A stretch of 63,919 bases of DNA, counting the filler. It is 10 parts of 10 records of this genome, joined end to end, with 100 filler letters (N's around TTAATTAATTAA, not from the genome) between each part and the next. Parts side by side here need not be neighbours in the genome. Positions count along the whole stretch, not along the records: positions 14,664 to 20,030 come from SRR31147125_12475; positions 20,131 to 25,725 come from SRR31147125_12487; positions 25,826 to 33,343 come from SRR31147125_12491; 7 more parts are not named here. The stretch is one strand, 5' to 3'. Below are positions 19,006 through 30,000 of the stretch, piece after piece (position 1 is the stretch's first letter; each line of letters opens with the position of its first letter). Below the pieces are notes generated by a model that was not told the origin of the DNA, did not search any database, and worked only from the letters and a program-made list of their open reading frames with translations. Position numbers and translations under genes: made by a program.

Positions 19006-20004
19006 ATGGAAGAATTAATAGCAAAATGTGGCTGTAATTGTAGCAATTGCCCATCATATAAAGAAAATCTTAAAACGATTAAAGATAGAAAACGATGCAA
19101 TTGGGGATGGGAAAAATACTTTGAAATAAAATTAAAGCCCGAAAAACTAAGATTGTGTGATGGTTGTGCAATACCTGACAAGGATAGAAAAGTATATTAT
19201 CTAAATTGTCGGATTCGAAAATGTGCGATATTAAATGGTGTTAAGAATTGTGCATATTGTTCAGCATATCCATGTCAAGATGTTCTAACCATTCACAGTA
19301 TTCAGAAACCAAATGCACGAGAAAGAATTGAGGAACGTATTGGTTATAGAATTCCTGAGAAAGATTATCTATGCATAGTAGAGCCATATGAAGGTATAAA
19401 ACATTTGGATGAAATAAGGCGATCACTGAAATCCGAGGATATTGTAGAGATGATTCCTGTTTCAAAGGTACCCAGGACTATTCCCTTTCCAGAAGAAATA
19501 CCTTTCAGTATTAGGGAGAAATCTGCATATCAACAAATTCATAGGATAATAAGTTCAATAGAGGTAGGAGAGAATGTTTCATATGCTCGATATACTGAAC
19601 TTGATAAAAACAGGAAGCAATTATTAAAGCTTTTGTGGACATTTGGATTATATGGAGAATTAGAAAAGGGAGGGGAATATATAATACTTGGCAGTGAAAA
19701 GTATTCAGCGCAAAAGATCACGTCATATCTTGTAAAAATTCAGGAATATATTTTAATACTTGAAAGATATGGTTTGGATTGTGAGATTATCCCGATTAAT
19801 AATAAAGTCTGGAGGACGGTGACAGGAGCTTTGAGAGATGAAGGCTGGTGTATGAAAATGTTCTCAAAAAAGAATAAAAACAAAGAGCTGTTTAAAGCGC
19901 TGAAGAATTATACAAAGCTAATAGATGAGAAATATGGGAAAAATGCTTTTAGGTATTTTGCAAAAGCGGATATGCGAGTGTTATGTGAGCAACCAGCCAC
20001 CTAA
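19006..20004 (+). CDS. Cassette gene: DUF3795-like Cys-rich N-terminal domain plus an unknown C-terminal domain
   Basis: IAKCGCNCSNCP...CDGC...CRIRKCA...NCAYC..YPC; the stop codon overlaps the next attC R''. Confidence 0.8.
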   Translation: MEELIAKCGCNCSNCPSYKENLKTIKDRKRCNWGWEKYFEIKLKPEKLRLCDGCAIPDKDRKVYYLNCRIRKCAILNGVKNCAYCSAYPCQDVLTIHSIQKPNARERIEERIGYRIPEKDYLCIVEPYEGIKHLDEIRRSLKSEDIVEMIPVSKVPRTIPFPEEIPFSIREKSAYQQIHRIISSIEVGENVSYARYTELDKNRKQLLKLLWTFGLYGELEKGGEYIILGSEKYSAQKITSYLVKIQEYILILERYGLDCEIIPINNKVWRTVTGALRDEGWCMKMFSKKNKNKELFKALKNYTKLIDEKYGKNAFRYFAKADMRVLCEQPAT

Positions 20005-20030
20005 TCCAATACTGCAGCGGATTGAAGGGG
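19999..20030 (+). mobile_element. Left arm of attC site 4, cut by the contig end
   Basis: ACCTAAT (R''-like, contains the TAA stop), CCAAT spacer, ACTGCAGCGGA (L''-like, similar to attC 3). Confidence 0.65.
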
Positions 20031-20130
20031 NNNNNNNNNNNNNNNNNNNNNNNNNNNNNNNNNNNNNNNNNNNNTTAATTAATTAANNNNNNNNNNNNNN
20101 NNNNNNNNNNNNNNNNNNNNNNNNNNNNNN

Positions 20131-20684
20131 CAACCACGGAAAAGCTCGGAGAGCCAATTTCGGCAGCTGAAGATCTCCACAAAGGGACGCTGAAAATTCA
20201 AGTGGAAGATGACGGCCCCGGCATTCCATCGGATTGTCAAAGAAAGATCTTTGACCCGTTTTACACGACCCATGAAAAAGGAACGGGCCTGGGGCTCTCC
20301 ATTGCCAAAAAAATTGTGGAAAACCATGGGGGAGAGATCCGGGTGGAAAGCCCGGTGTCCAATCCGGCACTGAGCCCGATATCCGAAAAATCCGAGGATT
20401 CTTATCACTCTAATGACTCTGATGAGTCGATTGATCCCCCCGCCGCTCAATTGAAAGGATGTCGATTCACCATTGTGATGCCAATCCAGGAGCAGGATCA
20501 TGATCACGATAAAGAACACGAAAATGCGAAAACTCAAGTTCAAGTTCCGGATCAAAGTCACGGTCAGGGTCGGGACCGGAATCATACAACCGATTCACCA
20601 GAAACAGATACAATCCCCCCATCAATGCCTCACTCCTTTCCATTAAGTGAGAAAGCAGATCAAAAGGAGGCGGCCTCCCGGTGA
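20131..20684 (+). CDS. Sensor histidine kinase, C-terminal HATPase part (contig edge)
   Basis: VEDDGPGI, IFDPFYTT, GTGLGLSIAKKIVENHGG; GTGA overlap with the regulator. Confidence 0.92.
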
Positions 20685-22258
20685 ATGCCTCCCACAAAAT
20701 TTTAATTGTCGATGATGAACACTCCCATCGACTGATGCTCGAGGCTGTGTTATCGGCAGAAGGGTATCTGATCGAACAGGCATCATCCGGCGAAGAAGCA
20801 CTCCATCGGGTGGAATCCGGAAGAATGCAGGGCGGAGAAGGGAATCATAAGAACAACCCCTTAGATGATCACAAGGATCAGCAGACGTCCCCTTTTGACC
20901 TTGTCATCATGGATATCAAAATGGGCAGACTGGATGGATTCCAGGCAATGAAAGCGATGCGAAAAACGGCCCATGCCATGCCCATCATTCTGATGACCGC
21001 CTACGGTACCATCAATGCGGCTGTGGAAGCGATGAAAGCCGGTGCCGAGGATTATATTACCAAACCCATTGACATCGATGCATTGAAAGAGGTCGTTAAA
21101 AAGGCCCTGCATGGCAAACCGGATCCCGGCGTCGACAAAGAGGATTCACGGCACCATTCAACTGCCGACACTTCGCTGAAATGCCCCTCCCATAAACCCG
21201 GCCATCCACCGGACCATCCATCGTCCTTTACTCCCCCGGTCTCGCCAATCATTCCCCGGATGCGACTGTGAGGTCTGATTTAGATCCCGTTTTCAAGGAC
21301 ATCATCGGAAACAGTGCGCCCATGTTACAAATTTTTGATTTAGTCTGCCGGGCAGCCCCCACCGATGCCACCATTTTAATCCTTGGCGAGAGCGGCACCG
21401 GAAAAGAGCTGATTGCCCAGGCCATCCATCGGTTGAGTCTCAGAAAAGAAGGCCCGTATATACCGGTCAACTGCGCCTCCCTTCCCGAATCGCTGCTGGA
21501 GAGCGAGCTGTTCGGGCATGAGAAAGGCGCCTTCACCGGTGCCGTTAAAAAGCATCCCGGTAAATTTCAGGCCGCTGACAAGGGCACCATCTTTTTGGAT
21601 GAAATCGGAGAAATGCCCGTTGCATTGCAAGTCAAACTGCTACGGGTATTACAAGAGCGCCAATTCGAGCCCCTGGGAAGTACAAAAACATCCAAAGTGG
21701 ACATCCGGGTGGTGGCAGCCACCCATCGGATGTTGGAAGATGCAATCAAACAGGGCAACTTCAGGGAAGATCTCTTCTATCGCCTCAATGTCCTAACCAT
21801 AGCGCTTCCCCCTCTGAGAGAGCGCCAATCGGATATCCCCCCTGGCCCACTTCTTCCTTGGCAAATACGCCGATAGAAACCAGCGTCGATTCACCGGATT
21901 CGACGCCGATGCCATGGAACGACTCACCACATACCATTGGCCGGGCAATATTCGGGAGCTGGAAAACTGCATAGAGCGGGCCGTGATTCTCTCCAGAAAT
22001 GTTCATATCACCCTGGATGACCTTCCACCTTCCATCCTCAATCCCAATGGACCTCCCGCTTTTTCTCCCCAAGCACACGCCACTGCCCACACAGAGAGGG
22101 GAGCTCACCAAGAGAAATCCCTAAAGGAGATGGAAAAGGAGATGATCCTGAGGACCATTGAGGAAACCGGCGACAATCGAACCCAAAGTGCCAAAATATT
22201 AGGTATTTCAAGACGAACGTTACAACTGAAATTAAAGGAGTACGGTGTCAATCCGTAG
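20681..22258 (+). CDS. Sigma54-dependent response regulator (REC-AAA+-Fis HTH; NtrC/ZraR/AtoC type); apparent frameshifts in C-runs near 21255 and 21840
   Basis: ILIVDD, MDIKM, YITKP, GESGTGKE, GAFTGA, FLDEIGE, FREDLFYRLNV, WPGNIRELEN, AKILGISRRTL. Confidence 0.92.
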
Positions 22259-22268
22259 GAAATGATAA

Positions 22269-22871
22269 ATGATTGAAGACAAACTACCCCAGTTAAAAAA
22301 GATCTATGCCGGTTTTTCGAAAAAGAGCGATGAAATCAAAACCGAGCTCAAGATTGCACCTGCCTGTCAAAAGGGATGCGGATATTGCTGTGAAGCCTCC
22401 GGAAGCATCGACATCACCACCCTGGAAGGGATGGCCATCAGAAAATCCATGGAAAAGCTACCAAAGACCAGGCAAAAAAGTTTAACCAAATCCTTCCGCC
22501 GGGAAATCAAACAACGGGAGAAGGGCCTGGTGGCACCCTGCCCTTTTTTGATGAAAAACAGCGCCTGTATGATTTACGAGGACCGCCCCTTTTCCTGCCG
22601 AAGAATCCACTCCATCCATGTCTGCACCCAAGACAATCCCTCCATGGTCAGCAAAAAGATCATGGAGCTTGGGGATGAGACCATCAAAGCGCTTCAAAAT
22701 TTGGATATCACCGGATATTCCGGTCATCTTTCCTATATCATCTATATGCTTTCCACTCCGAGGTTTCTGGATACCTATCTTGCCGGAGAGTGCAAACCCG
22801 AAGAGATCATGGAATTTGGCAAGTCCCATAAGATCATCATCAACAAAATGATGGTTTCCCCGCAACCTTAA
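22269..22871 (+). CDS. YkgJ/CxxCxxCC-family zinc- or iron-chelating protein
   Basis: CQKGCGYCC...CPFL...CMIYEDRPFSCR. Confidence 0.88.
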   Translation: MIEDKLPQLKKIYAGFSKKSDEIKTELKIAPACQKGCGYCCEASGSIDITTLEGMAIRKSMEKLPKTRQKSLTKSFRREIKQREKGLVAPCPFLMKNSACMIYEDRPFSCRRIHSIHVCTQDNPSMVSKKIMELGDETIKALQNLDITGYSGHLSYIIYMLSTPRFLDTYLAGECKPEEIMEFGKSHKIIINKMMVSPQP

Positions 22872-22991
22872 CGAGGGCACCTTATCGTTCCCCCTTCATC
22901 TTCATCTCAAAAGCCTCTCCCCAAACTCCCAACGTTGTTTATCCTCAGGGATTTGGGGAATATGCATTGCAATTGAAATACGATTTCCAAC

Positions 22992-23846
22992 ATGGACAAA
23001 CAACAGCCCCAACAGGACAATGCCATCGAATTCGGAGAAATGATCAACCTCATCAGATCATTTTCCAGCTCCCATCGAAATGATTCGATTTGGAAAGAGA
23101 TCAAGCAGATTCTTTGGGAGGTGGAGCGGGGCCGTCGAAAATCAAAACAGCACTTCTACACCCATAAAAAATTTCCCTATTTCTGTAAACGGATCGACGC
23201 CTATCTACAGGAACATGACACGTGTCGGTTAAGGTTCAGCAAAATTTTGGCAGAAAGAAGGGTGATCGGCTTGAAGATGCAGATGCTCTTCAAGCCGGTA
23301 TTGCTGGAAAAGATCGATGCACTGGAAGCGGCTTTTCCCGATAGCATTCGAATGACCGGGAACAAGGTGAGTCGGTGGGAGTTGAAGAATAAAGACTCCC
23401 AGGAACTGGCCCATTTCATTAAAAAAAATTTCGGTAAAGATGAGGTTGAAATGGCGTTCTTGCAGCAATTGAAGAGGGATGTCCAAGGGGTATTAACAGA
23501 GCATGAAATTGCCTTGAGCGCCAAAAACGAACCCACCTTTAAAATTTCACCGGACGGTAAACATTGCTATTTTTTTCAATCCGATGAAGCCGAAAAATGG
23601 CATATCATCAATCAACATTTTTTTGAGACCAATATCCCTTACGATGCCGCTTACATCCCCATCCAGTTGGAAGAGTCCCTATTTAAAAAAGATGCCATAC
23701 GCTTTGCCACGCTTTACAAAATATTGTATCCCAAAACCAAAAGCGCCATCATTTTCGCAAGAATCCGTGACATCGTTGCCGAACTGGAGGATTTGCAGGG
23801 ACTGATCCGTAAAAAAGAGAAAAGCACAACGCCTAAGCCTTGGTAA
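22992..23846 (+). CDS. Hypothetical protein
   Basis: 284-aa ORF filling the gap between genes; no recognisable motif. Confidence 0.7.
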   Translation: MDKQQPQQDNAIEFGEMINLIRSFSSSHRNDSIWKEIKQILWEVERGRRKSKQHFYTHKKFPYFCKRIDAYLQEHDTCRLRFSKILAERRVIGLKMQMLFKPVLLEKIDALEAAFPDSIRMTGNKVSRWELKNKDSQELAHFIKKNFGKDEVEMAFLQQLKRDVQGVLTEHEIALSAKNEPTFKISPDGKHCYFFQSDEAEKWHIINQHFFETNIPYDAAYIPIQLEESLFKKDAIRFATLYKILYPKTKSAIIFARIRDIVAELEDLQGLIRKKEKSTTPKPW

Positions 23847-23913
23847 CTAAACCGATGCCCCAAGTTTTTGTTACTGTTCGGTTTGGGCCCAGCCTTGACT
23901 GAATGGGGTGCGA

Positions 23914-25503
23914 TCAAGAAACGGTTACCCGATTTCGTCCGGCATTTTTTGAACGATACAGGGCATTATCAGCTCTTCCAATAAGTGACGCGTAGGCATC
24001 ATTCACCCCCGGATTTTTCGTGGCCACTCCCAGACTGATGGTCACATGGTTCCCGACTTTAGATCCTGTGTGTTCCACGGCCAATTTTTCAACCCGTCGT
24101 CTCGTATTTTCCGCCACATGTCGAGCTCCGTCACTCTCTACATTGGGAAGTAAAACAATAAACTCTTCACCGCCATACCGGCCGGCAAGATCCGGTGGAC
24201 GCCGAAGCCCCTCTTCAATGGCCGATGCCACCGCCTTTAGACACTCATCCCCTTGTTGATGACCATATGTGTCATTATACATCTTGAAATAATCAATGTC
24301 GCATAAAATGATGCTCACAGGTGTCTTTTCCCGAATCGCCCGCTTCCACTCTTTTTGGATGACGGCTTCAAAATGCCTTCGATTGGCCAGCCCCGTCAAT
24401 GGATCCATGGTGGCAAGTTTCTCCAGAGCATTCTTGGCTGCGGCAAGTTCTTTGGTCTGCTGTTCCGTTCTTTCCATCATCCGGTTGAAGCCTCCTGAGA
24501 GCATCCCGATCTCATCATTTCTGTCAATTGAAGATCGAATGGATAAATCACCTGTTTCTTCAACGTCTTTGAGTACCTGAGTCAATCGTGACAATGGAAG
24601 CAGAATCATCGAATTTGTAAACAGCAAAAAGAGTCCCAGAACAACCGTACCCACCACCAAGATATAGAATATTGCAAAATTAATGGTCTTGATACCTTGT
24701 TTCGAAATTTCTCTTGGAAAATTCAGTGAAATCAGTAGAGCGGGGTTATTTTGAATATCCTTCATTATGGCGTATGCCTTCAATTCATCTTCATCGATAT
24801 GTTCGATATAAAAAGAAATATCATTGGTGAATTTCGACAGAACAGAAGCGTACGGTTGCCGAACGTTTTCATCATAAAGGGAAATAATATTAAAATCCAC
24901 CCGAGTTTGTGACATCAATTTTTCCGTCAACGATTTACCCAACAGTTTTCCCATAATCAAGCTGCCCCTGGAGCTCCCCTCATCACTACTGGGTAAAATG
25001 GGACGGGCTGCCAACATTAAAATTCCATGGTTGGTATTGACCAACCCTTTTTTGTAGCGATGATCCATATCTGGAAACGTCAGCAAATTTTTTCTGACAG
25101 CGTCATCCTCCAAAATGTTGTGTATCCGAATTTCCCATTCATTTTCCACATCATAAGCGCCCTGCCACACCACGTTTCCATCTAAATCGCAGTAATAGAT
25201 CAAATTCAGTGTATTGGCTTTATACGTGCTAAATCCAAGATTGGAGCGCTCATACGATTCAGAGGCCTCGACAATAAAATTATAGGTATCATCCCAGGAT
25301 GCCCTCTCATGACAAAGGATATTGATATGTTCGTTTTCCCGCTGAATCGCCTCAATGGCTCTATTCAAATTATCCTTGGCCTCAACTTCCTCCAGTGCCA
25401 GATAGGTGGGTAATATGACAAGACGCTGAATACCGTAATCAACAATAAGGAAAAACAGAGTGAGAAGAGAAAAAATTGTGAAGATTCTATATTTTAATGT
25501 CAT
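23914..25503 (-). CDS. Membrane diguanylate cyclase (CHASE4-HAMP-GGDEF)
   Basis: TM, ASWDDTYNF (CHASE4), TM, DEIGMLSGGFNRM (HAMP), DPLTGLANRR, RPPDLAGRYGGEEF with an RxxD I-site. Confidence 0.93.
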   Translation of the reverse strand: MTLKYRIFTIFSLLTLFFLIVDYGIQRLVILPTYLALEEVEAKDNLNRAIEAIQRENEHINILCHERASWDDTYNFIVEASESYERSNLGFSTYKANTLNLIYYCDLDGNVVWQGAYDVENEWEIRIHNILEDDAVRKNLLTFPDMDHRYKKGLVNTNHGILMLAARPILPSSDEGSSRGSLIMGKLLGKSLTEKLMSQTRVDFNIISLYDENVRQPYASVLSKFTNDISFYIEHIDEDELKAYAIMKDIQNNPALLISLNFPREISKQGIKTINFAIFYILVVGTVVLGLFLLFTNSMILLPLSRLTQVLKDVEETGDLSIRSSIDRNDEIGMLSGGFNRMMERTEQQTKELAAAKNALEKLATMDPLTGLANRRHFEAVIQKEWKRAIREKTPVSIILCDIDYFKMYNDTYGHQQGDECLKAVASAIEEGLRRPPDLAGRYGGEEFIVLLPNVESDGARHVAENTRRRVEKLAVEHTGSKVGNHVTISLGVATKNPGVNDAYASLIGRADNALYRSKNAGRNRVTVS

Positions 25504-25550
25504 TTACCCCTCATGACAGGTCTTTTGATGAGTGATACGGTATGTGCCTG

Positions 25551-25599
25551 TGCGCATTTTTTTCGCACCGACAAAAAACAGATGCGAAAAATTTACGCA
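25551..25599. promoter_or_regulatory. Tandem TGCG-N9-CGCA palindromes; candidate enhancer (UAS) for a sigma54 activator
   Basis: TGCGCATTTTTTTCGCA (25551-25567) and TGCGAAAAATTTACGCA (25583-25599), 32 bp apart. Confidence 0.55.
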
Positions 25600-25826
25600 G
25601 AAAAAAATCCAGATTCCACGGCCAAAGAGAATATGAACACCGAAATTTGGACAAAAAACAAAGGTCTAAGACTTTATTTTCATACTTAACCTTCTATACT
25701 CACGAGTCATAAGTTCTCTTAACTCNNNNNNNNNNNNNNNNNNNNNNNNNNNNNNNNNNNNNNNNNNNNTTAATTAATTAANNNNNNNNNNNNNNNNNNN
25801 NNNNNNNNNNNNNNNNNNNNNNNNNA

Positions 25827-26948
25827 AAAACGACTAAAAAGAAGTCCACAACAAAAAAATCAAGCTCAGCTTCTTCTAAGCCTGTGAAAACAAAGAAGAA
25901 ATCAACAAAAAAGGCAAGCGAGAAAGACAGCAAAAAAGAAGCTTCGACTAAAAAGAAAGCTACAACTGCCAAAAAGACTACCAAGAAAACAACCAAAAAG
26001 GAACAACCTAAAAAAGCTGCTAAAAAGGCACCTAAAAGCACAAAAACAGATGCGAAAAAGCCAGCGAAAAAATCTACAGATGCGAAGAAAACTGCTGTAA
26101 AGAAAAGCACCAAGAAAAAAGAAACAACAAAAACAGCTAAACCAAAAGTTGCAAAGGCTAAAGCTACAAAAGCAAAAACCAAAACAACAGAGAAAAAGAC
26201 TAAAACTACCGTGAAAAAAGATACCAAGAAAAAAGCTACTGCTAAAACTACCAAATCGAAATCCACTAAAACACAACCCAAGAAAACAACTACTAAAAAA
26301 GAGACGAAAACTGCTAAGAAGACAGCAGGAAAAGATACTAAGACTGCCAAAAAGACTGTAAAAAAAGAAACAAAAGCTGCTAAAAAAACGGTTAAAAAGA
26401 CAACTAAAGCTGCTGCACCAGTCAAAAAGAAAAGAAGATCAAAGAAAAAAGTTGAGCCACCACATCCTTTAGAGGGAAAAACAGCTCCTGTTTTCACACT
26501 GGAAGCTTCCACTGGTGTTGACATCAGTCTGAAAGATTTCAGAAACGGAATGATGGTAATCTTGTACTTCTATCCTAAAGACTGCACTCCAGGATGCATG
26601 ATCGAAGCTAAAGATTTCCAACACCTTAAAGATGATTTCTCGGTAAATGGAGCAATTGTTTTTGGAATCAGTCCGGATGATATAGAAAGCCACAAAGAAT
26701 TTTGTGACCTGATGAACCTAACCTTCCCTCTTCTTGTAGATACCGATTGTAAAGTCGCCAAAAAATATGGAGTCTGGAAGGAAAAGGAAAAGTTCGGAAT
26801 CACCTTCAAGACTGTTGACAGAACCACTTTTATTATCAATAAAAGCGGTAAAATCGAGAAAGCATTTTCCGGCTTTAAGGTTACAGGACACGCCAAAAAA
26901 GTTCTGAATTTCCTGAAAAATCTTAATAAAGCCAAGGCTGCACAGTAA
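25827..26948 (+). CDS. bcp: Histone H1-like Lys/Thr/Ala-rich region fused to a BCP/PrxQ peroxiredoxin (N-terminus cut by the contig edge)
   Basis: About 200 aa of KK/T/A repeats in frame with APVFTL...LYFYPKDCTPGC..EA..F...GISPD...RTTFII. Confidence 0.88.
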   Translation, partial: KTTKKKSTTKKSSSASSKPVKTKKKSTKKASEKDSKKEASTKKKATTAKKTTKKTTKKEQPKKAAKKAPKSTKTDAKKPAKKSTDAKKTAVKKSTKKKETTKTAKPKVAKAKATKAKTKTTEKKTKTTVKKDTKKKATAKTTKSKSTKTQPKKTTTKKETKTAKKTAGKDTKTAKKTVKKETKAAKKTVKKTTKAAAPVKKKRRSKKKVEPPHPLEGKTAPVFTLEASTGVDISLKDFRNGMMVILYFYPKDCTPGCMIEAKDFQHLKDDFSVNGAIVFGISPDDIESHKEFCDLMNLTFPLLVDTDCKVAKKYGVWKEKEKFGITFKTVDRTTFIINKSGKIEKAFSGFKVTGHAKKVLNFLKNLNKAKAAQ

Positions 26949-27012
26949 AACCTTCAAGTTAAACTGCTAGCTATTCAAGAAAAACACAAGTTATATAAAA
27001 ACTGTATTTCAA

Positions 27013-30000
27013 CTATGGGGTGTCTGTTGTCCAGGCACTTGTGTTGAACATCGTTCCATGGCTATTGGTGTTTGATGAATCATGCACAAGTGTTCCAGTG
27101 CCTTCATCGAAGTGATACAAAGCCTGTGTTGATTTATCTTTCTCGAAGCGTTTTTCGGGAGTGAAATTTGCATCATATCTTGGCACGCTGGAAAACCTTA
27201 ATTCGTCAATAACATAAGACAAGCCTATTGTTGTTAACATTGCGTTTTTGTTAGAGAAAGATGCAATTCCCTGTGGCCAGGTTGCAGGTTTACTAGTCAT
27301 GTCTATTTTAGTTCCGTTTACATAAAATCGGGCTTCATTTTTGTAATTATCATAGCAATACGCAACATGATTCCATTTGGTTTCATCAAAGCCCGCTCTT
27401 GGTGTTTGCCCTCTCCACGAAAATTTTTCGTTATTGTAGTTAAAAGCAAATATAAACGCTACATGGTCGCCACTAATTCCTTCGGTGATGACATAGTTTA
27501 CATCGTTGTCTCCCCATGAACCTTTGACCAGAGTTTGTGATCCTCCTATTCCTTTAAACCAGTATTCGACGGTAAAATTGGTGTCTTTCAGTTTAACTCC
27601 AGCAGAATCAGAGAACGCTACCCCACCCTTGTTTTGTCCGGGCAAAAGCATGGCATGTTTTGTCATGCACATATCCCAATCACATCCAGCCGGACAATTG
27701 AGAGGACTACCGGAAAGTCCGGTACCGTTAGCGTTACATGTGTAATATTTGTCTGCACCACACCACTCGGAATTGGCAACACAATCCTGAAAAGCATATA
27801 CTTTGTTTTTGTGAGATCCAATATACAAAACTCCATCTTTACCGATAACCGGACTTGACCATAGTTTTTCATCGTCTGATTCTGTTTGGTACGACCACTT
27901 TTTAGTTCCGTTTGAATTTACAGCCAATACAGAATGCAATTCCTGGCTTGTTCCAAAGTAAACAACTCCATTCGAGTCGATTAAAGGAGTACCTACAATG
28001 GAACCTTGGCTAATTGAATAGTCCCAATGGACATCTCCTGCCGGTGTAAATGAATGTAAACTCCCTGCACTACCAACATAGATATTTCCATTTTTATCTA
28101 ATGTTGGAGATGAATATGAATCGACTTTACCCGTTTCGGATTTCCACTTTACTTTACCAGTATTATCAATTGCGTATAGCCTTAGGTCACTTCCGCCAGT
28201 GGTAATATAGATTGTACCGTCTGCTGCTATTGTTGGAAAAGTTCTTATTCCTTCAACGGCCGGATACGCCCATTTTTTTGAACCAATCGGGTTAAATGCA
28301 AACAGCTCACCTGTTCCGGATACATTGAAATGACCGGCTGGAGCGTATACTGTTCCATCTGGAGCAATAGCAACTCCACTTTCTGATTTATTACCGATAT
28401 CTGCCAACCACTCAAGTTCTCCCTTGGGATTTAATACATAGAGCTTTTTATCTGAGGCATAAATTCTTCCCTGAGAATCGATTACAGGAGACGACTGCAT
28501 GTAATCAATTGTTTTGTAACGCCATTTTTTGCTTCCGTCAGGATTGATAGCATATATAAAATTATCACCTGATGTAAAATAGATCGTCCCTTCTTTATCA
28601 ATTGCAGGAGTGGTTCTACTTCCAATAGTGTTTTGCTGGAAAGTCCACCGAATATCCCCATCAGGATCAACAGAATAGAGTTTTGAGCCGGAATCGACAA
28701 AATATAGGTTTCCATCTTTGTCCACTGCAAAAGATCCTGGCACAACAGATTCTGTGTCCAATACCCATTTTAATGTTGGACTATCAGGTCCAGCTAATGT
28801 GCTTCTACCTTGATGTGTCGGATTACCATCACGCATAGGCCAAATGGCATCTTCTTGCAATCCAACAATATTTCCTGCATTATTCACACACTGATCTTTG
28901 CCCTCATTACAAAGCCCCAAAGCATAAAAATAATTATCATCGGAGCCAAAATACATGACACCAGAATTATCAACTACTGGTGCTGTCCTGATGGGGTTTC
29001 CTGAATAGAAAGACCATTTTAGTGTTCCATCCGTGTTTACTACATACACTCTTCCATCGCTACAACCTGCTGCAACAGTATTGTTAGCCAAAACAACAGG
29101 CGCACTTGAAATGGATTTGTTTAAAGAAAATCGCCACTTAATCATTCCGTCAGGTCTATAGGCCAACAGATAGCGTTTAGTTCCGAATACACTTAGATAA
29201 ATTGTTCCATCTTTACCTATTGCCAATTGATCTTGCGGAGTTCCCGGAAGTTTCACATTCCAGATTTTTCTCCCTTCTGCATCAATAGCATATAGTTTTT
29301 CTTCTTTAGTTGTGAAATATATCGTGTCATCAGCACCGATTGATGGTTGTTGAATTTCAGAACTTGTTGTGTATCGCCAGATTTCCCGACCATCAAGATC
29401 CATTGCTTTTAGTTCGCCACTATCAGCACCTGCATACAAAGTGGCTTTATCTCTGCCGATAGTTACGGTATGTTTAAAGTCAGATCCGAGTTTTTGTGCC
29501 CATTTTAGTGTTCCATCAGGATTGACTGCGTACATGTAGCTGTATCCGGTGCCAGCACCAAAATAGATGGTTCCATCATGCCCGATAGAAACAGGAGTAT
29601 CAAACAACCCGTCAGCGTAGAAAATCCATTTTTTAGCTCCATTTTTATTTAAAGCCACCAACCCGATATCGGTTGCTGTAAAATAGATTGTTCCATCTGA
29701 TCCTATCGCCGGTGTTGATAGAATCGGATTACTAACATCATAAGTCCATTTTATCGTTCCATCTTGATTGACAGCATAAAACTTGTTACTGATAGTACCA
29801 AAGTAAACTACTGATTCAGATGAAACAACAGGAGAGCCGAAAATTTTTCCATTAGCTTCTATAGCCCATTTCATGCTTGGTGAGTCAGGTGAATTGTTTG
29901 AGTTTCTTCCCTGAAATGATGGACAACCTCCGGCCATCGACCAAGGGCTTTGCTTGTCAAGACCAGACATATCCCCACAACCTCCACCGGTTGATGGAGC

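Noticed and set aside
21268..21271. GTGA stop/start overlap suggesting a naturally split receiver and AAA+ activator
   Set aside because: Adding one C to the run at 21254-21257 restores a continuous protein, and the same gene has a second C-run error near 21840.
25778..26524. Very hydrophobic Phe/Val/Leu-rich minus-strand ORFs resembling membrane proteins
   Set aside because: Antisense shadows of the Lys/Thr/Ala codons of the H1-like region.
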